NCBI GenBank assembly: GCA_030141605.1
Contig: JAQGDQ010001676.1
Span: forward strand, 1 to 29,987
DNA from: Tubiluchus corallicola
Taxonomy: Eukaryota > Animalia > Priapulida
Reading direction: 5' to 3'
DNA: 29,987 nt
This document shows positions 11,211-22,737 of the stretch, piece after piece. The notes under the pieces are model-generated. The model worked only from the letters and a program-made list of their open reading frames with translations. It was not told the origin of the DNA and made no database searches. A program made the position numbers and the translations under genes. Positions within the stretch are counted from its first letter, which is position 1. Every line of letters begins with the position of its first letter.

Positions 11211-12467
11211 AATAATAACCTTGAAATAAAATTTATGACTGCTGTAATTAAATATGCTCCATTGCAGTTGTTTAGCTTTTGAGTGGGTTTAGTGAAACAA
11301 TAAACTCACAGCTTTTATAGTGGAAAACTTTTAATTAAAATCAATATATTTACTCCAAGCTAATATATTACAAAGATCAAGCAAAAGAACAGAAGTAGAA
11401 AAAAATCCATAACTGTCTTGACATTTTAAAAAAGTTGCATATCAAAAAAGTATGGCAAATATGTACAGTGAAGAACCCATCATTATAATCACTGTCCCGC
11501 TATTTGAAATAAAATCTTGCATTTTCTATTGGCACCGTGCCAGCAATCACAAAGCTGCTACATAATGCAACGTAAACTGTAGTACAATACCACATGTATG
11601 TATGACACCACATTATGGTTACCACATATAAATTCAGACGATGTGATAACCTACGTAAAAAATACAAGATACAGGTTAACACTAAGCCATAATTTTATAC
11701 TTTTACTGTAGATAAAAACGTGACTTGAATGAGCAAAAATATACATGAAGTATCTGCTTAAACTGTTAAAAAACGTAAAATTATTAACTACTAATTTTTT
11801 ATTTGAACAACTCTTATAAAACCAAAATGGGTAATAGGAAAAACTTTCTTTTAAATACCTAATAACAGTTAAACAACTAAACAGTAAATCCCGTTGATTA
11901 GGACATATGACACTAAACGCTAAATAAGGTCAAAGGTCAAGGTCAAAGGTGACAGATAAATTTACGTTAAGCACAATCGTACATGCCTGAAAACAATAAG
12001 CAAACAAACTTGGTATAAAATCACATGCAATGTTGAAGATAACAAAGCTATTAAATTTCTGAGATCAAAGCGCAAAGGTTAAGATTACTCTGTCAGCTAA
12101 ATTAACCTTTCTTGAAATCAAACACGTATTTTGAAAAAAAAACGAAAAAATAATCCAAATGAATTTGTTGCAGGGTTGCTCTTAACATATATACCAATTT
12201 GTGTGGTCAAAGTTCCAAAGTCACATTTCTTGGACAATTAAATGACGTTGATTTACAAGCAAATGAACACGTGACAAAAATAGGCCCTCTTCCAATTTGT
12301 TGAAAATTTGTTGATAAAATCGAAACAAACTTACAAGTACTTAAATGAGGAGCGATTTCTTTTCTGAATCATTATTACAGTGCCAGTGTTAGGCTTTATT
12401 GGCTTATTAATTACATGTATAATAAACTTAACGTCACGATTATTATTAACGATGTTACAAATCCATT

Positions 12468-12687
12468 AATTAATTAAATATTGATTTCATACTTAAAAGG
12501 CAGGATGTGTGAAAAAGTTGTGAAGCTGCCAAAGATAAGCGGTGAATGTTTGACTGCCTTAACCACTAAGAGATGCGGTGGCCAACTGGTATAAGGCACA
12601 TACAATGTAAGTAGAAAGGTCCCCGGTTCAACTCCCACCTTCTCACATTTCCTGTCTTTCAAATTTGAAAACAAAGTTTAATTAATT
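12468..12687. mobile_element. Second palindromic element with tRNA-like halves
   Basis: Imperfect terminal inverted repeats of about 50 bp; plus strand TGGCCAACTGG A box and GGTTCAACTCC B box (12625-12635); minus strand TAGTGGTTAAGGCA D-arm-like remnant. Confidence 0.6.
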
Positions 12688-13607
12688 GCTGGTTTGTATC
12701 ATCCTCACTAGTTTATTTTATCACCAGCTAGGGCTTTCTTCAATGTTCAGTCTGATTTTGAAACTGAACACAAAAATGAAAAAGTGTAAAGAACGCAAGG
12801 AAGACAGGATGATTTTTCATATACTACCCTATTTTCAAGCCCTACAAAATTTATACATTTTAACATAATTAATACTGCAAAAGCGTTTCTAATAATTAAA
12901 TAATAGATTAAAAACTTAATTAATGGCGGGCGAGCCCAACTGTTAATGACATCACAAACTAACATAATTTTCAATAGCAAATACAAAGATATTCCACAAA
13001 CGTGTTGCAAAAGCTACTGTAAGATATTCAATGTATTGCACTAAAAATAGGCAAGTTTTAAGATGAAAATTCAAATTTCAAATTTACTGCTGTGCTCACG
13101 TATGAGCTGTCGAACGTGTGTAGTTGGTCACAAATTAACACATCTGACCTGAGAGGTACAGCAATGCGTTCCCGAGATGCAGGTGGTAGTGCCCGTCTAA
13201 CTAGCGAATGGCGAAATGCATGTAACAGCAAAGAACTGACACCAGCGCGAAACTGTATTTGTGTGGTAATGATTCTTTCTCGTAAGTCATTGAAAAGCAA
13301 TTATATGAAACCTACAGTTCAAGATTGGGTCCCGGTTTTACTTTAAGCACCCACTAAAGCCTTACAAATCTAATTTTTGGAAGAAAAATGTGCAAAATAC
13401 TCACTGCAATCACTAGACTACGATAAGATTGATGACAATATCAACTACTGGCACGTTGATTACTACATTAAACTGCGATTAAAATGTAGGAATTTTTTGG
13501 TTCCATCAAACTGTATACTGAAACTAACAACAGTAACAGGTAGCATACACTATTACAAAATCTTAAAACAACTCTAGAACTAAAATAACAGTAATGCATA
13601 ACTTGAC

Positions 13608-16373
13608 TTAACTTGGTTTGACTTTTCGCTGAGATGACGAGGCAAGAAATGTGACATCAAATGGCACTCCAATGTGCCTCTTGCTGCTGCTGCTTGGATT
13701 TTGTAAATCTAATCGATTTTCGAATCTCTTTACCAATTGTCGTGGAATATAAAATGGTGTCCTTCGCGGTGGCATATAAAATGGTGTCCTTTGTGAAAGG
13801 TATGAAGCACTACTCCTGACACCTTGCCCCACACCTGAAGCAGCCATTTCATCAAGAATTTTGTGAGTAGAAACACTGTTCGGAATTTTGTTGCCACATT
13901 TTGCCCGCTCTTGAATATCTTGGCTCTTGACTATTCTATGAGGACACTCGGTTTTCAACGTGCCAGCAAGACAATTGGGAGCACAAATGGGTGAAATGTG
14001 ACATGAACTAGCAGCAGATCCACTGCTGTTGTGTGCAAAGGTATACATTGCTGAAGAGTGTGCCAGTAACCGCCTCGACTCAAGCAGAAGTGAAGAACTT
14101 GTGCAGGATGAAGAGTTTGGCGTAGAGACATCTGCCGATGATACAGCAATCTGATTAAGACCAGTCATTGAACTTTCTATAGCAAGGAGTGAATGACAAG
14201 GTTGTACTGAAGGCAGATCATTGTTTTCAAACGAACGTTTTATTGTAGAACAGGTATTATGCTTTGTCACAGCAAGGACCAGATGATCTTGTTGCCTTGA
14301 AGGTGCAAGTTTGCCTTCAATTGGATTTAACAGTTTATCACAAGGAGCAACATATATCAGTGATGTATGTGAGTCACAAAGAGGGTCATTAAGTTGACAT
14401 GAAATTGGTCTGAAATTTTTGTCACAGCTGGAAGCTTTGGTATAAGCAGTTAAATCTGCTGAGTTAGTATGTTCATCTGCTGACTGGTCATCTGCTAGAT
14501 TTGAAGTTACATTCTCGTTTATAGCTGCATTTAATGTTTTGACACAAACGTTAAAATCTAAAGCAACATGTTTGTCAGCAGCAGAATCTGATACTTTAGC
14601 ATAATTATCAAAACCAGAATCTGATTCTTTGTCTACAGCTGGATTTGATGGTTTGACACAGGTATCAAAGTCCAAAGCTACGGTACTCTTGTATACAGCT
14701 GGACAAAATGATCTAGCATCTGAAGCTACATCCTTGTCTGCAGCCTGAAATGGTGGTTTAGCATCTGAAGCTACATCCATGTCAACAGCTGGACTTGATG
14801 GTTTAGCATCTGAAGCTACATCCATGTCTACAGCTAGACTTGATGGTTTAGCATCTGAAGCTACATCCATGTCTACAGCTGGACTTGATGGTTTAGCATT
14901 TGAAGCTGTATCCTTGTCAACAGCTGGACTTGATGGTTTAGCATCTGAAGCTGCATCCTTGTCAACAGCTGGACTTGATGGTTTAGCATCTGAAGCTATA
15001 TCCATGTCTACAGGTGGACTTGATGGTTTAGCATCTGAAGCTACATCCATGTCTACAGGTGGATTTGACGGTTTAGCATGTGAAGCTACATCCATGTCAA
15101 CAGCTGGACTTGATGGATTAGCGTCTGAAGCTACATCCATGTCTACAGGTGGATTTGATGGTTTAGCATCTGAAGCTACATCCATGTCAACAGCTGGACT
15201 TGATGGTTTAGCATCTGAAGCTACATCCATGTCTACAGGTGGACTTGATGGTTTAACGTCTGAAGCTACATCAATGTCTACAGCTGGACTTGACGGTTTA
15301 ACGTCTGAAGCTACATCAATGTCTACAGCTGGACTTGTTGGTTTAGCATCTGAAGCTACATCCATGTCAACAGCTGGACTTGGTGGTTTAGCATCTGAAG
15401 CTACATCCATGTCTACAGTTGGACTTGGTGGCTTAGCATCTGAAGCTACATCCATGTCTACAGTGGGACTTGATGGTTTAGCATCTGAAGCTACATCCAT
15501 GTCTACAGTTGGACTTGATGGTTTAGCATCTGAAGCTACAACCTTGTCTACAGGTGGATTTGATGGTTTAGCATCTGAACGTACAACCTTGTCTACAGGT
15601 GGACTTGATGATTTAGCATCTAAAGCTACAACCTTGTCTACAGGTGGACTTGATGATTTAGCATCTGAAGCTACAACCTTGTCTACAGGTGGACTTGATG
15701 ATTTAGCAACTGAAGCTACAACCTTGTCTACAGGTGGACTTGATGGTTTAGCAACTGAAGCTACATCCATGTCTACAGCTAGACTTGATGGTTTAGCATC
15801 TGAAGCTACATCGTTGCCTACATCTGGACTTAATGGTTTAGCATGAGGGTCAAAATCTGAATCTTCAGTCTTGCAATCTAACTGTTTTAGCATTAGACAT
15901 TTCTCATTGGATGGACTTGTTAGCTTGGCACTCGGATCATCATTGCTTAAAGAAGATATAGTTGATAAGCATTTCTTTGCATATGGGCATACAGGTTCAG
16001 TGATTAGCACTTGAAACTGTTTGTCGACTTTTGTAGTAAAGCAACCACTAGCTGAGCTTCTGTTTTCCACACTAACATCAGAATGTTGTGTGGGAACAGA
16101 TCTCTCATTGGCCGTTGACTTTTCTTCATTTCTAGCGCGGTTTTGTAAATATGGAACCAACTCATGCAGAATGTCTTTGCCTTCAAATGTTTCAAGATTA
16201 GGAGATGCCAGTAAATGCCTGAATGTAGCTTCCTGCAACTTTTTCACTAGGTCTGTGTCAAGGTCCTTGTCATAATTCGAAGCGATTATTTTAGTGATGC
16301 TCAGACTTAAATCCATGGCACGTTTAATATGCTGTTTTTGTTTTGGTGATGTAGCATAACAGTGTTCAGCCAT
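13608..16373 (-). CDS. Uncharacterised 921-aa Ser/Pro/Asp-rich tandem-repeat protein (single coding exon)
   Basis: 2.77 kb open frame including about 1.6 kb of non-repetitive sequence; ACTATGG start context; upstream acceptor at 16583; no family recognised. Confidence 0.8.
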   Translation of the reverse strand: MAEHCYATSPKQKQHIKRAMDLSLSITKIIASNYDKDLDTDLVKKLQEATFRHLLASPNLETFEGKDILHELVPYLQNRARNEEKSTANERSVPTQHSDVSVENRSSASGCFTTKVDKQFQVLITEPVCPYAKKCLSTISSLSNDDPSAKLTSPSNEKCLMLKQLDCKTEDSDFDPHAKPLSPDVGNDVASDAKPSSLAVDMDVASVAKPSSPPVDKVVASVAKSSSPPVDKVVASDAKSSSPPVDKVVALDAKSSSPPVDKVVRSDAKPSNPPVDKVVASDAKPSSPTVDMDVASDAKPSSPTVDMDVASDAKPPSPTVDMDVASDAKPPSPAVDMDVASDAKPTSPAVDIDVASDVKPSSPAVDIDVASDVKPSSPPVDMDVASDAKPSSPAVDMDVASDAKPSNPPVDMDVASDANPSSPAVDMDVASHAKPSNPPVDMDVASDAKPSSPPVDMDIASDAKPSSPAVDKDAASDAKPSSPAVDKDTASNAKPSSPAVDMDVASDAKPSSLAVDMDVASDAKPSSPAVDMDVASDAKPPFQAADKDVASDARSFCPAVYKSTVALDFDTCVKPSNPAVDKESDSGFDNYAKVSDSAADKHVALDFNVCVKTLNAAINENVTSNLADDQSADEHTNSADLTAYTKASSCDKNFRPISCQLNDPLCDSHTSLIYVAPCDKLLNPIEGKLAPSRQQDHLVLAVTKHNTCSTIKRSFENNDLPSVQPCHSLLAIESSMTGLNQIAVSSADVSTPNSSSCTSSSLLLESRRLLAHSSAMYTFAHNSSGSAASSCHISPICAPNCLAGTLKTECPHRIVKSQDIQERAKCGNKIPNSVSTHKILDEMAASGVGQGVRSSASYLSQRTPFYMPPRRTPFYIPRQLVKRFENRLDLQNPSSSSKRHIGVPFDVTFLASSSQRKVKPS
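14716..15843 (-). repeat. Coding minisatellite, 45 bp (DVASDAKPSSPAVDM) x about 25, plus degenerate copies to about 14520
   Basis: gcatctgaagctacatccatgtcaacagctggacttgatggttta with 45-bp period and no frame-shifting indels. Confidence 0.97.
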
Positions 16374-16713
16374 AGTTAAGCATGGACAAAAAATATAACG
16401 ACTAGTGAGGAAAGGGTGCTGATGATCAATATGACGGTAATAGGTGCCACCACAAATATTTCGATTCCCAGTTGATTCGCTAAGTTACCAAGATGCATTC
16501 CACATTTCAGTAAAATTTAGATGTGCACAGTGCACATAGATGTATTCCACTTTTAATCCAGAACTGGAAATCCGGTAATAATCCTGTAATAAGTGCACAG
16601 TTAAGCTGACAAAATGAAAGTCTTTAGTTGAGTTAGATAAAGAAATCAGTAGTGGATTTCTTTATTTTTTAATGATATGGTAGGTAAACTACTCCGTGAG
16701 CCATTTTAGTTTG

Positions 16714-16714
16714 A

Positions 16715-16753
<39 letters not shown>

Positions 16754-16838
16754 TTAAGTGAGTGCGTGCGTGCATGTGTGTGTGTGCGCGTGTGTGTGTG
16801 TGCATGCGCGCACATGTCTGTGTGTGTGTGTGTGTATA
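16714..16838. repeat. (AT)n and (GT)n microsatellites
   Basis: Dinucleotide runs visible directly. Confidence 0.9.
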
Positions 16839-16917
16839 TAACTGTATATATGTATGCATAAATGTATAATATCCATCAAATAAATATGTGGTTATCCATG
16901 ATTACCCACATACTTAC

Positions 16918-16974
16918 CTGCAGAAACCATTTGGGGTGCCTTAGATATTATAAGTCATATCATCATTAGCCTGG
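16918..16974 (-). other. Probable 5' UTR exon of the repeat-protein gene
   Basis: tttctgtag acceptor and consensus CAG|GTAAGT donor, upstream of the acceptor at 16583. Confidence 0.45.
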
Positions 16975-19479
16975 CTACAGAAATATGAGTAAACAAAATG
17001 TGCCTTTTTCACAAATGTAGTTTGCGCCGGCACCTCTGAGACTCAGCTAGTATTTTATAACGATACTGCATCATACTTAGAAGCTTTTGACGCTTATATT
17101 GTCTCCTATATTTACCCTATGTTCTCATGTATTATATTCGATAAAAAACTTTGATTATTTTATTATCCTGGTAGTTCAAGCGTTACAGGAACCATAAATA
17201 AGTATTATGATCAGTGACAGCTTCGCGAAAGCTTTCATCATCACTGCAACAACAACACCACGATTCCCAATTAAAATGCTAGACACATTCACTGTTTAAG
17301 TTCAATGTAATCGAGCCCTTCGAGTCCAAGTCCGAGTCAAAGTTTTTCCAGTTTTGTTAAATTGCAGAAATAGGCCCACTGAATCGGTAACAAAGTGCAT
17401 TCTGTCTGACATTCTAGCTGGCTGCTGTGCTACATGGAATAGAATGGTGATACATGTAGTTGACTGATGTTACATGTAGTTGATATTTATCTAACATTAA
17501 ACGTCGAATTTAGTTAAGAGACACAAGCTGTTCCTTTTCTGACAGTGTAGCCTGTACTCCATTTGCATTAAATTAAGCTTTCAGCATTCAACATCTCCAC
17601 AGTGACAGTGGCATAGTAAGTTTTAGTTTACACTTACAGCGCATTGTTGACCATAATGACATCTATTTGAAAAGTCAATATTTTTCTAAACAATTGGGGC
17701 AATCATGTGTTTTCTAGGCAGCGAAGTCGCGTGCGAATGCGTATCAAATTGATTTAAAATTAAAATTTAACCTAAAGACTGAAGAGGACAGAGCCGCATA
17801 CAGTTAGCAAAATTATTTTAAACAGAAACATAAAAACTAACCTTTTCTCATCACGAGGAACCATGCTCTAATTTCAAAACAGATGTCAGCAAAGAAGGAA
17901 AAAATAACGGTCACGATACACTAATTTAAATTTTAGGATGTTGAAATAAAAAACTACGTGAAATTTCACTTTTTCGTCTGCAATGAAACGGTGCCGCTGA
18001 TTACCAGCACAAGGCGGAAACTTACAAGTCATTCAATTCTGCAGTTAATTTGTTTTGTTTACTTTACGGCTTTGTCCACTATAATTTTAGCAAAGCTAAT
18101 GAAGTATTCGGATTTTAGTAAAGATTAAGACTACTACTGCGATATTAGCGTGGCCTTAAGTGGAGGCCTAGGTGTAGCGTACCTTTTGCTAAAGAGGTGC
18201 AAAAACACCAAGTAATAGAAAAGAACAATTTATTGTATCAAAGTATTGCTCATTCAATTGAGAATCTATTGTGCAGGAAACATACCTTCGATAGATATTT
18301 GTGAGACAGCTGTAAGATTTGTTGGACGAACTTGAGTCTGATCCAGGTTTCCTTGACTTTGGTCTCCCATCACACCTCAAGACTTCCACAAAAAAAACTT
18401 TGAAGGTATAATACTTTAGTGCAATGAACTGTTTTGAACTTTATTCGTTGTTTTTGCACAAAACTATAGAATATAGACACATCCAGCAGCTTTAAGGAAA
18501 AGACACCTCATCACGAAATGGCATATATTACAGACAATGCAAAGAATAATTATTGGTAAACTTTATTGACAAAAAACGAAAATCATTGCATTAATTAACA
18601 AAAACAGCAATAAGCTTAAAATATTTGATATTAAGCAATTTGAGACTTGCATGTAAAGTTTAACATTTGATATTATAATACTGCGATCATGATTTCTACC
18701 AAAATAATAAATTGCTAAGAGCTCTCTGAGGCTTAACATGATAGCAATTAACAATAATTGGTAATCACGTCTCAGACTCAATTCAAGGTAAACGCACTTG
18801 CATAAATATTCAAATCGAATTCAACTGACAGGAAATCGTCATACACATTCTCTTCACACAGAAGCCAGAAAACTGGAGGTACATATGTGCACACTGGGTG
18901 CATAAGCGCACGAAAGTACACACATTCATATGTACATCGTACGCGCATTCACCCAAGCACACGTTCTTAGATTTACATGCACAAGCAATGTTCCTAGCCA
19001 TTGTTAGCACCTTACATCATTTACAACACCATAGCAAATGACAATAATAGATCAAAGAGACATGTCTAATTGTTATGCTCTGTTATTTTTGTCAGTGAGA
19101 GACCTGCACGTTTTGTACATCAAACCATAGTAAAAAATTTACAACATATGCAAGTATTACCCTTATACACCTTCTGCATTTATAATTGAACTGTCATAAC
19201 CTATTGTAGCACTCTGCCTTGATTTACTAGTAACGCTGACATTATTGTAAGTCATATACATTTATTAGACATAGACATTAAACTTTCTATACACAGTTCC
19301 ATGTATGAAAGTAAATCACAGATGCCGGGTATTGACCAAATGATAGAATAGCCTAGAGTAACCATTAATTCATCGGGCTGTAAATTATGCCCTCAATTTC
19401 GTTTCGAAAGTGTCTATTGGAAGTACATTGCTTACACCACTCTCCTTCGATGATAGACATTTCTCTAAAATGACAATAA

Positions 19480-19773
19480 TTAAAGCTTGCTCGATGCACT
19501 CTTCCTCAAATGTGCATGTTTTGAGCGATCAAGGAAAGTGCGACTGTTGTTTAAATACGTCGTAATAAACTCTGGAAACTCACGAGCCACCACAACCTGT
19601 TCAAAAATGGCTGCTGCGTCATGTAGCAACGGGCGCCTCACTGTAGGTTCTTGCATATTCAATGATTGGCAAATATCTGATAGCACATCTAGCATAAGTT
19701 GTTTTACTAAGGCACGGGTAACTTTGGCACCATTGTCTTCTAATCTAGCTTCATGTCGTATCCACTGCCAAAC
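19480..19773 (-). CDS. MLS: Malate synthase (A-type), terminal exon
   Basis: Phase-0 acceptor; VWQWIRHEARLEDNGAKVTRALV...AAAIFEQVVVAREFPEFITTYL...* matches the malate synthase C-terminal domain (WQWI.H ... F.EF.T). Confidence 0.88.
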   Translation of the reverse strand, partial: VWQWIRHEARLEDNGAKVTRALVKQLMLDVLSDICQSLNMQEPTVRRPLLHDAAAIFEQVVVAREFPEFITTYLNNSRTFLDRSKHAHLRKSASSKL

Positions 19774-20206
19774 CTAAGAAGATATCTATATAATACTTGT
19801 TATATAGTTGCTTTATTAACTTCTTAAATTGTTTCTTGAGTCAAATTTAATGCTACATATGCACTATAAACTGGAAACTGCAATCACTTTGATGCATAAA
19901 TAAAGGCAACCTACTGTAAACTCCTGTAAAGGCCAAATAATCTCTAGTCTCTGTATAAACCTACTGCAATTTTCACTCTTAGAAAGGAAGCTCAGGAAAA
20001 GGAACAATCAGGAAAAAATGGTAACACAGCAAAGTAGAATAGGAAAACACAAGAAATGTCTTAACACTATACCTTTGTTCTTTCTTTGCTAATTAAATAA
20101 CAAGAACAGTAAAGTGTTCAAAACAGTTTTTGTTCAATAAAAACAGTGCATTATGCTATAATAATTACGCTTTGCACGACAGCTAGAAAATGCAAATGTT
20201 ACCCAC

Positions 20207-20274
20207 CTGTGAACGAGATATCTCAGCAGTTGCGGAGTCTTCAATCACACCTTTGTAAATGTAATGACCCATAC
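20207..20274 (-). CDS. MLS: Malate synthase, penultimate exon with catalytic Asp motif
   Basis: 68 bp, phase 1-0; GMGHYIYKGVIEDSATAEISRSQ matches the conserved EDAATAEISRxQ motif; splices in frame to the terminal exon. Confidence 0.9.
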
Positions 20275-20395
20275 CTGTAGGACAAAGATTATTTAATGAA
20301 ACAAAATGCTGTCAAAGACAAAAAACCTGATATATTCTAGTTAAAATGATTTGAAAAGAAATGTAGTTCATTTTCAGACGTATAAAACGGAAAGC

Positions 20396-20398
<3 letters not shown>

Positions 20399-20488
<90 letters not shown>
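20399..20488. repeat. (AG)n microsatellite
   Basis: Pure AG run. Confidence 0.97.
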
Positions 20489-20490
<2 letters not shown>

Positions 20491-20968
20491 GGAGGGAATA
20501 AAGAACAGTCGGCCCTAAGTCATAGGTTTAATCCTCAAACAAATCCAGGCCAACTAAATCATAACTTGACAGTTTATTATTTAAACGTACCTCGAAACCA
20601 GGCTTCAATAAACAATATGCCAACACCAATGTTGTGTTTAAGCCCTGCAAGGGTAACACCTCCAGGGGGCATTTGCAACAGATCACCGTGTAGCACTCTA
20701 ACGTCTGTACGTAGCACATGTAATTGGTTTTCTGATGGAGCATGCACTTCAAACAACTGAAAAAACGTAACAGTAATTCATCTGTCAAGTACCCAGAAGC
20801 CAGGAGTACTTGCTTAAGGAAGCCACGAAGTGCTAAGTGTAACATTTGTACACTATTGACCATTGTTGCACGTCAACATTTGTCCTCCTGCAGGTTTTTT
20901 ACTGGTTCTATGGCTTGTTGAAGAGCTATCTTCAGGTTAACATATGTTAACATATTTAGATTTTGCAC

Positions 20969-21103
20969 AGAAAGATTTAAATACTTCAGCATTGATCCGT
21001 AGAAATAAATGTACTTGGGGCATTGCGGCGAGCGGGGAGTCCTGGCATAGGGAGGTGAACAGAATCATGTCCCTGGACGTGTGATTCATTGGATGGTGAT
21101 GAT
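20969..21103 (+). mobile_element. Dispersed single copy of the same RTE-like 3' fragment
   Basis: Close reverse complement of 2020-2154, with one repeat unit and a short GAT tail. Confidence 0.65.
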
Positions 21104-22501
21104 ATGCACGTTATAAACTGAACGCAGCAATGTAATTTGTTTTTTTAACAGACAACTAGTGTTAGTCATAGAAAATGGTTGTTTTTAGCACAATGTCGCT
21201 TTTCAATGGTCCTCCACTCACATTACAAGCTTTTCATAGCGCACAGGCGCTGCAGCCATTTTCAGGTTTTTGTAGCATTTAACAAACGACTGCACGGCGC
21301 GAATCTTACAACACACAGATTGACTAATCCTTTAGTTTTTCAATAGTTAATTCATTAGATAATTTCAGACTGACTGACTGACAGACAAACAAATCAACAT
21401 ACCAATAAATAAAATAATGAGCGCAGAAAGTGAAAATTAAACACATAGATAAGTAAACGAGTACACAAAATTCAGATTGAATTAGCAAGCTTATGATAAA
21501 GGTGAATTAATGTAAGGAGATCGTACACTGTATACAGAACTGAGCTTCTTGAAACATTTGGACATCTCAGCAGTAAAAACAACAACTGCTCTTACATTGA
21601 AGTTGTTCACACCTCGGTGAGTAGGAAACGTGGTGTTGACCCTCTCAAGTCTTAGCCCAACATTGTATCCTACTACAATGTATATATCTTACCATCAATA
21701 TTGTGGAATTCCTGGGACCATATAAAATGGGAACATATATTCCTGGGACCAATCATGAAATATGCACCTTTGCAAACAGAATTCAAAATCTTCGGACATT
21801 TCATTCGCCATATTGAGTCATTTTGTCTACCTTATAGAGAAAAGATAGATTCACATCTGAACATGGCTACGGCACCTCTATCGGTTCAGATGGCTCAACT
21901 TATAGAGAGTAGATTCTGGTCCCACCTCAGTCATGTACATTCAACAGGTTCTGTGGTAAGATGCTGGATTAGGGAGTTTATTGTGTGACAAAAACGTCTC
22001 CATTAATGTCTAAAACGCAAGGCTTTCTTCTTTTGGCTTAGAATTTAGAACCATAATCTTAAAATGAAACCAAGTTCTGCACGTGGACGCTGTCCTGTTG
22101 TTGGTTTAAACTGCATTTATTAGTACACTGAAAACTGAACAACAGGACAATACAACAGGACAGTGTCCACGTGCTGGAATCTTATAACAGTACTAAGATA
22201 TTGGCTAACGTGTCTATAAAAAGAGCCTATGTAAAAGGCTCTCACGTGAAAACAGTCACAGTATTAAACATCATTAAAATACGATATAATCAACAATATA
22301 CGCTTCATATTATTGGTGGTAAAACACGAAGTAAAACGGGCAAGGAGAAAAATGGTAAAAATTAGCTGCAGGCGGATGACATAGGGATATGATAGATGAG
22401 ACAATGAAATGGATGATTAATGATACTCAGATATCGGCATACAAGATAAGGATCTATGGATTTAATAAGGCTGAATAGTGTTTTATTGTGCACTAAGTGC
22501 T

Positions 22502-22737
22502 CTTAGCTGAAAAATTGGAAGACTTAGCTGAAAACTTGGAAAACTTAGCTGAAAACTTGGAAAACATAGCTGAAAAATTGGAAAACTTAGCTAAAAAACT
22601 TGGAAAACTTAGCTGAAAATTGGAACAACTTAGCTGAAAACAAGGAAAACTTAGCTGAAAATTATAACAACTTAGCTGAAAACAAGGAAAACTAAGCTGA
22701 AAATTGGAACAACTTAGCTGAAAACAAGGAAAACTTA
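22502..22737. repeat. Minisatellite, 21 bp x about 11
   Basis: cttagctgaaaacttggaaaa variants, with later units alternating as a 42-bp dimer. Confidence 0.93.

Noticed and set aside
13058-13346. Overlapping 80-84 aa ORFs in a GC-richer patch
   Set aside because: No motif, non-ATG starts, no convincing splice pair.
14779-15846. 355-aa plus-strand ORF (MSTAGLDGLASEATS repeats)
   Set aside because: Antisense shadow confined to the 45-bp repeat; the minus frame extends far beyond it on both sides.
18286-18397. Minus-strand exon candidate with AAG|GTATGT donor
   Set aside because: No recognisable peptide in any frame and no in-frame link to neighbouring genes.
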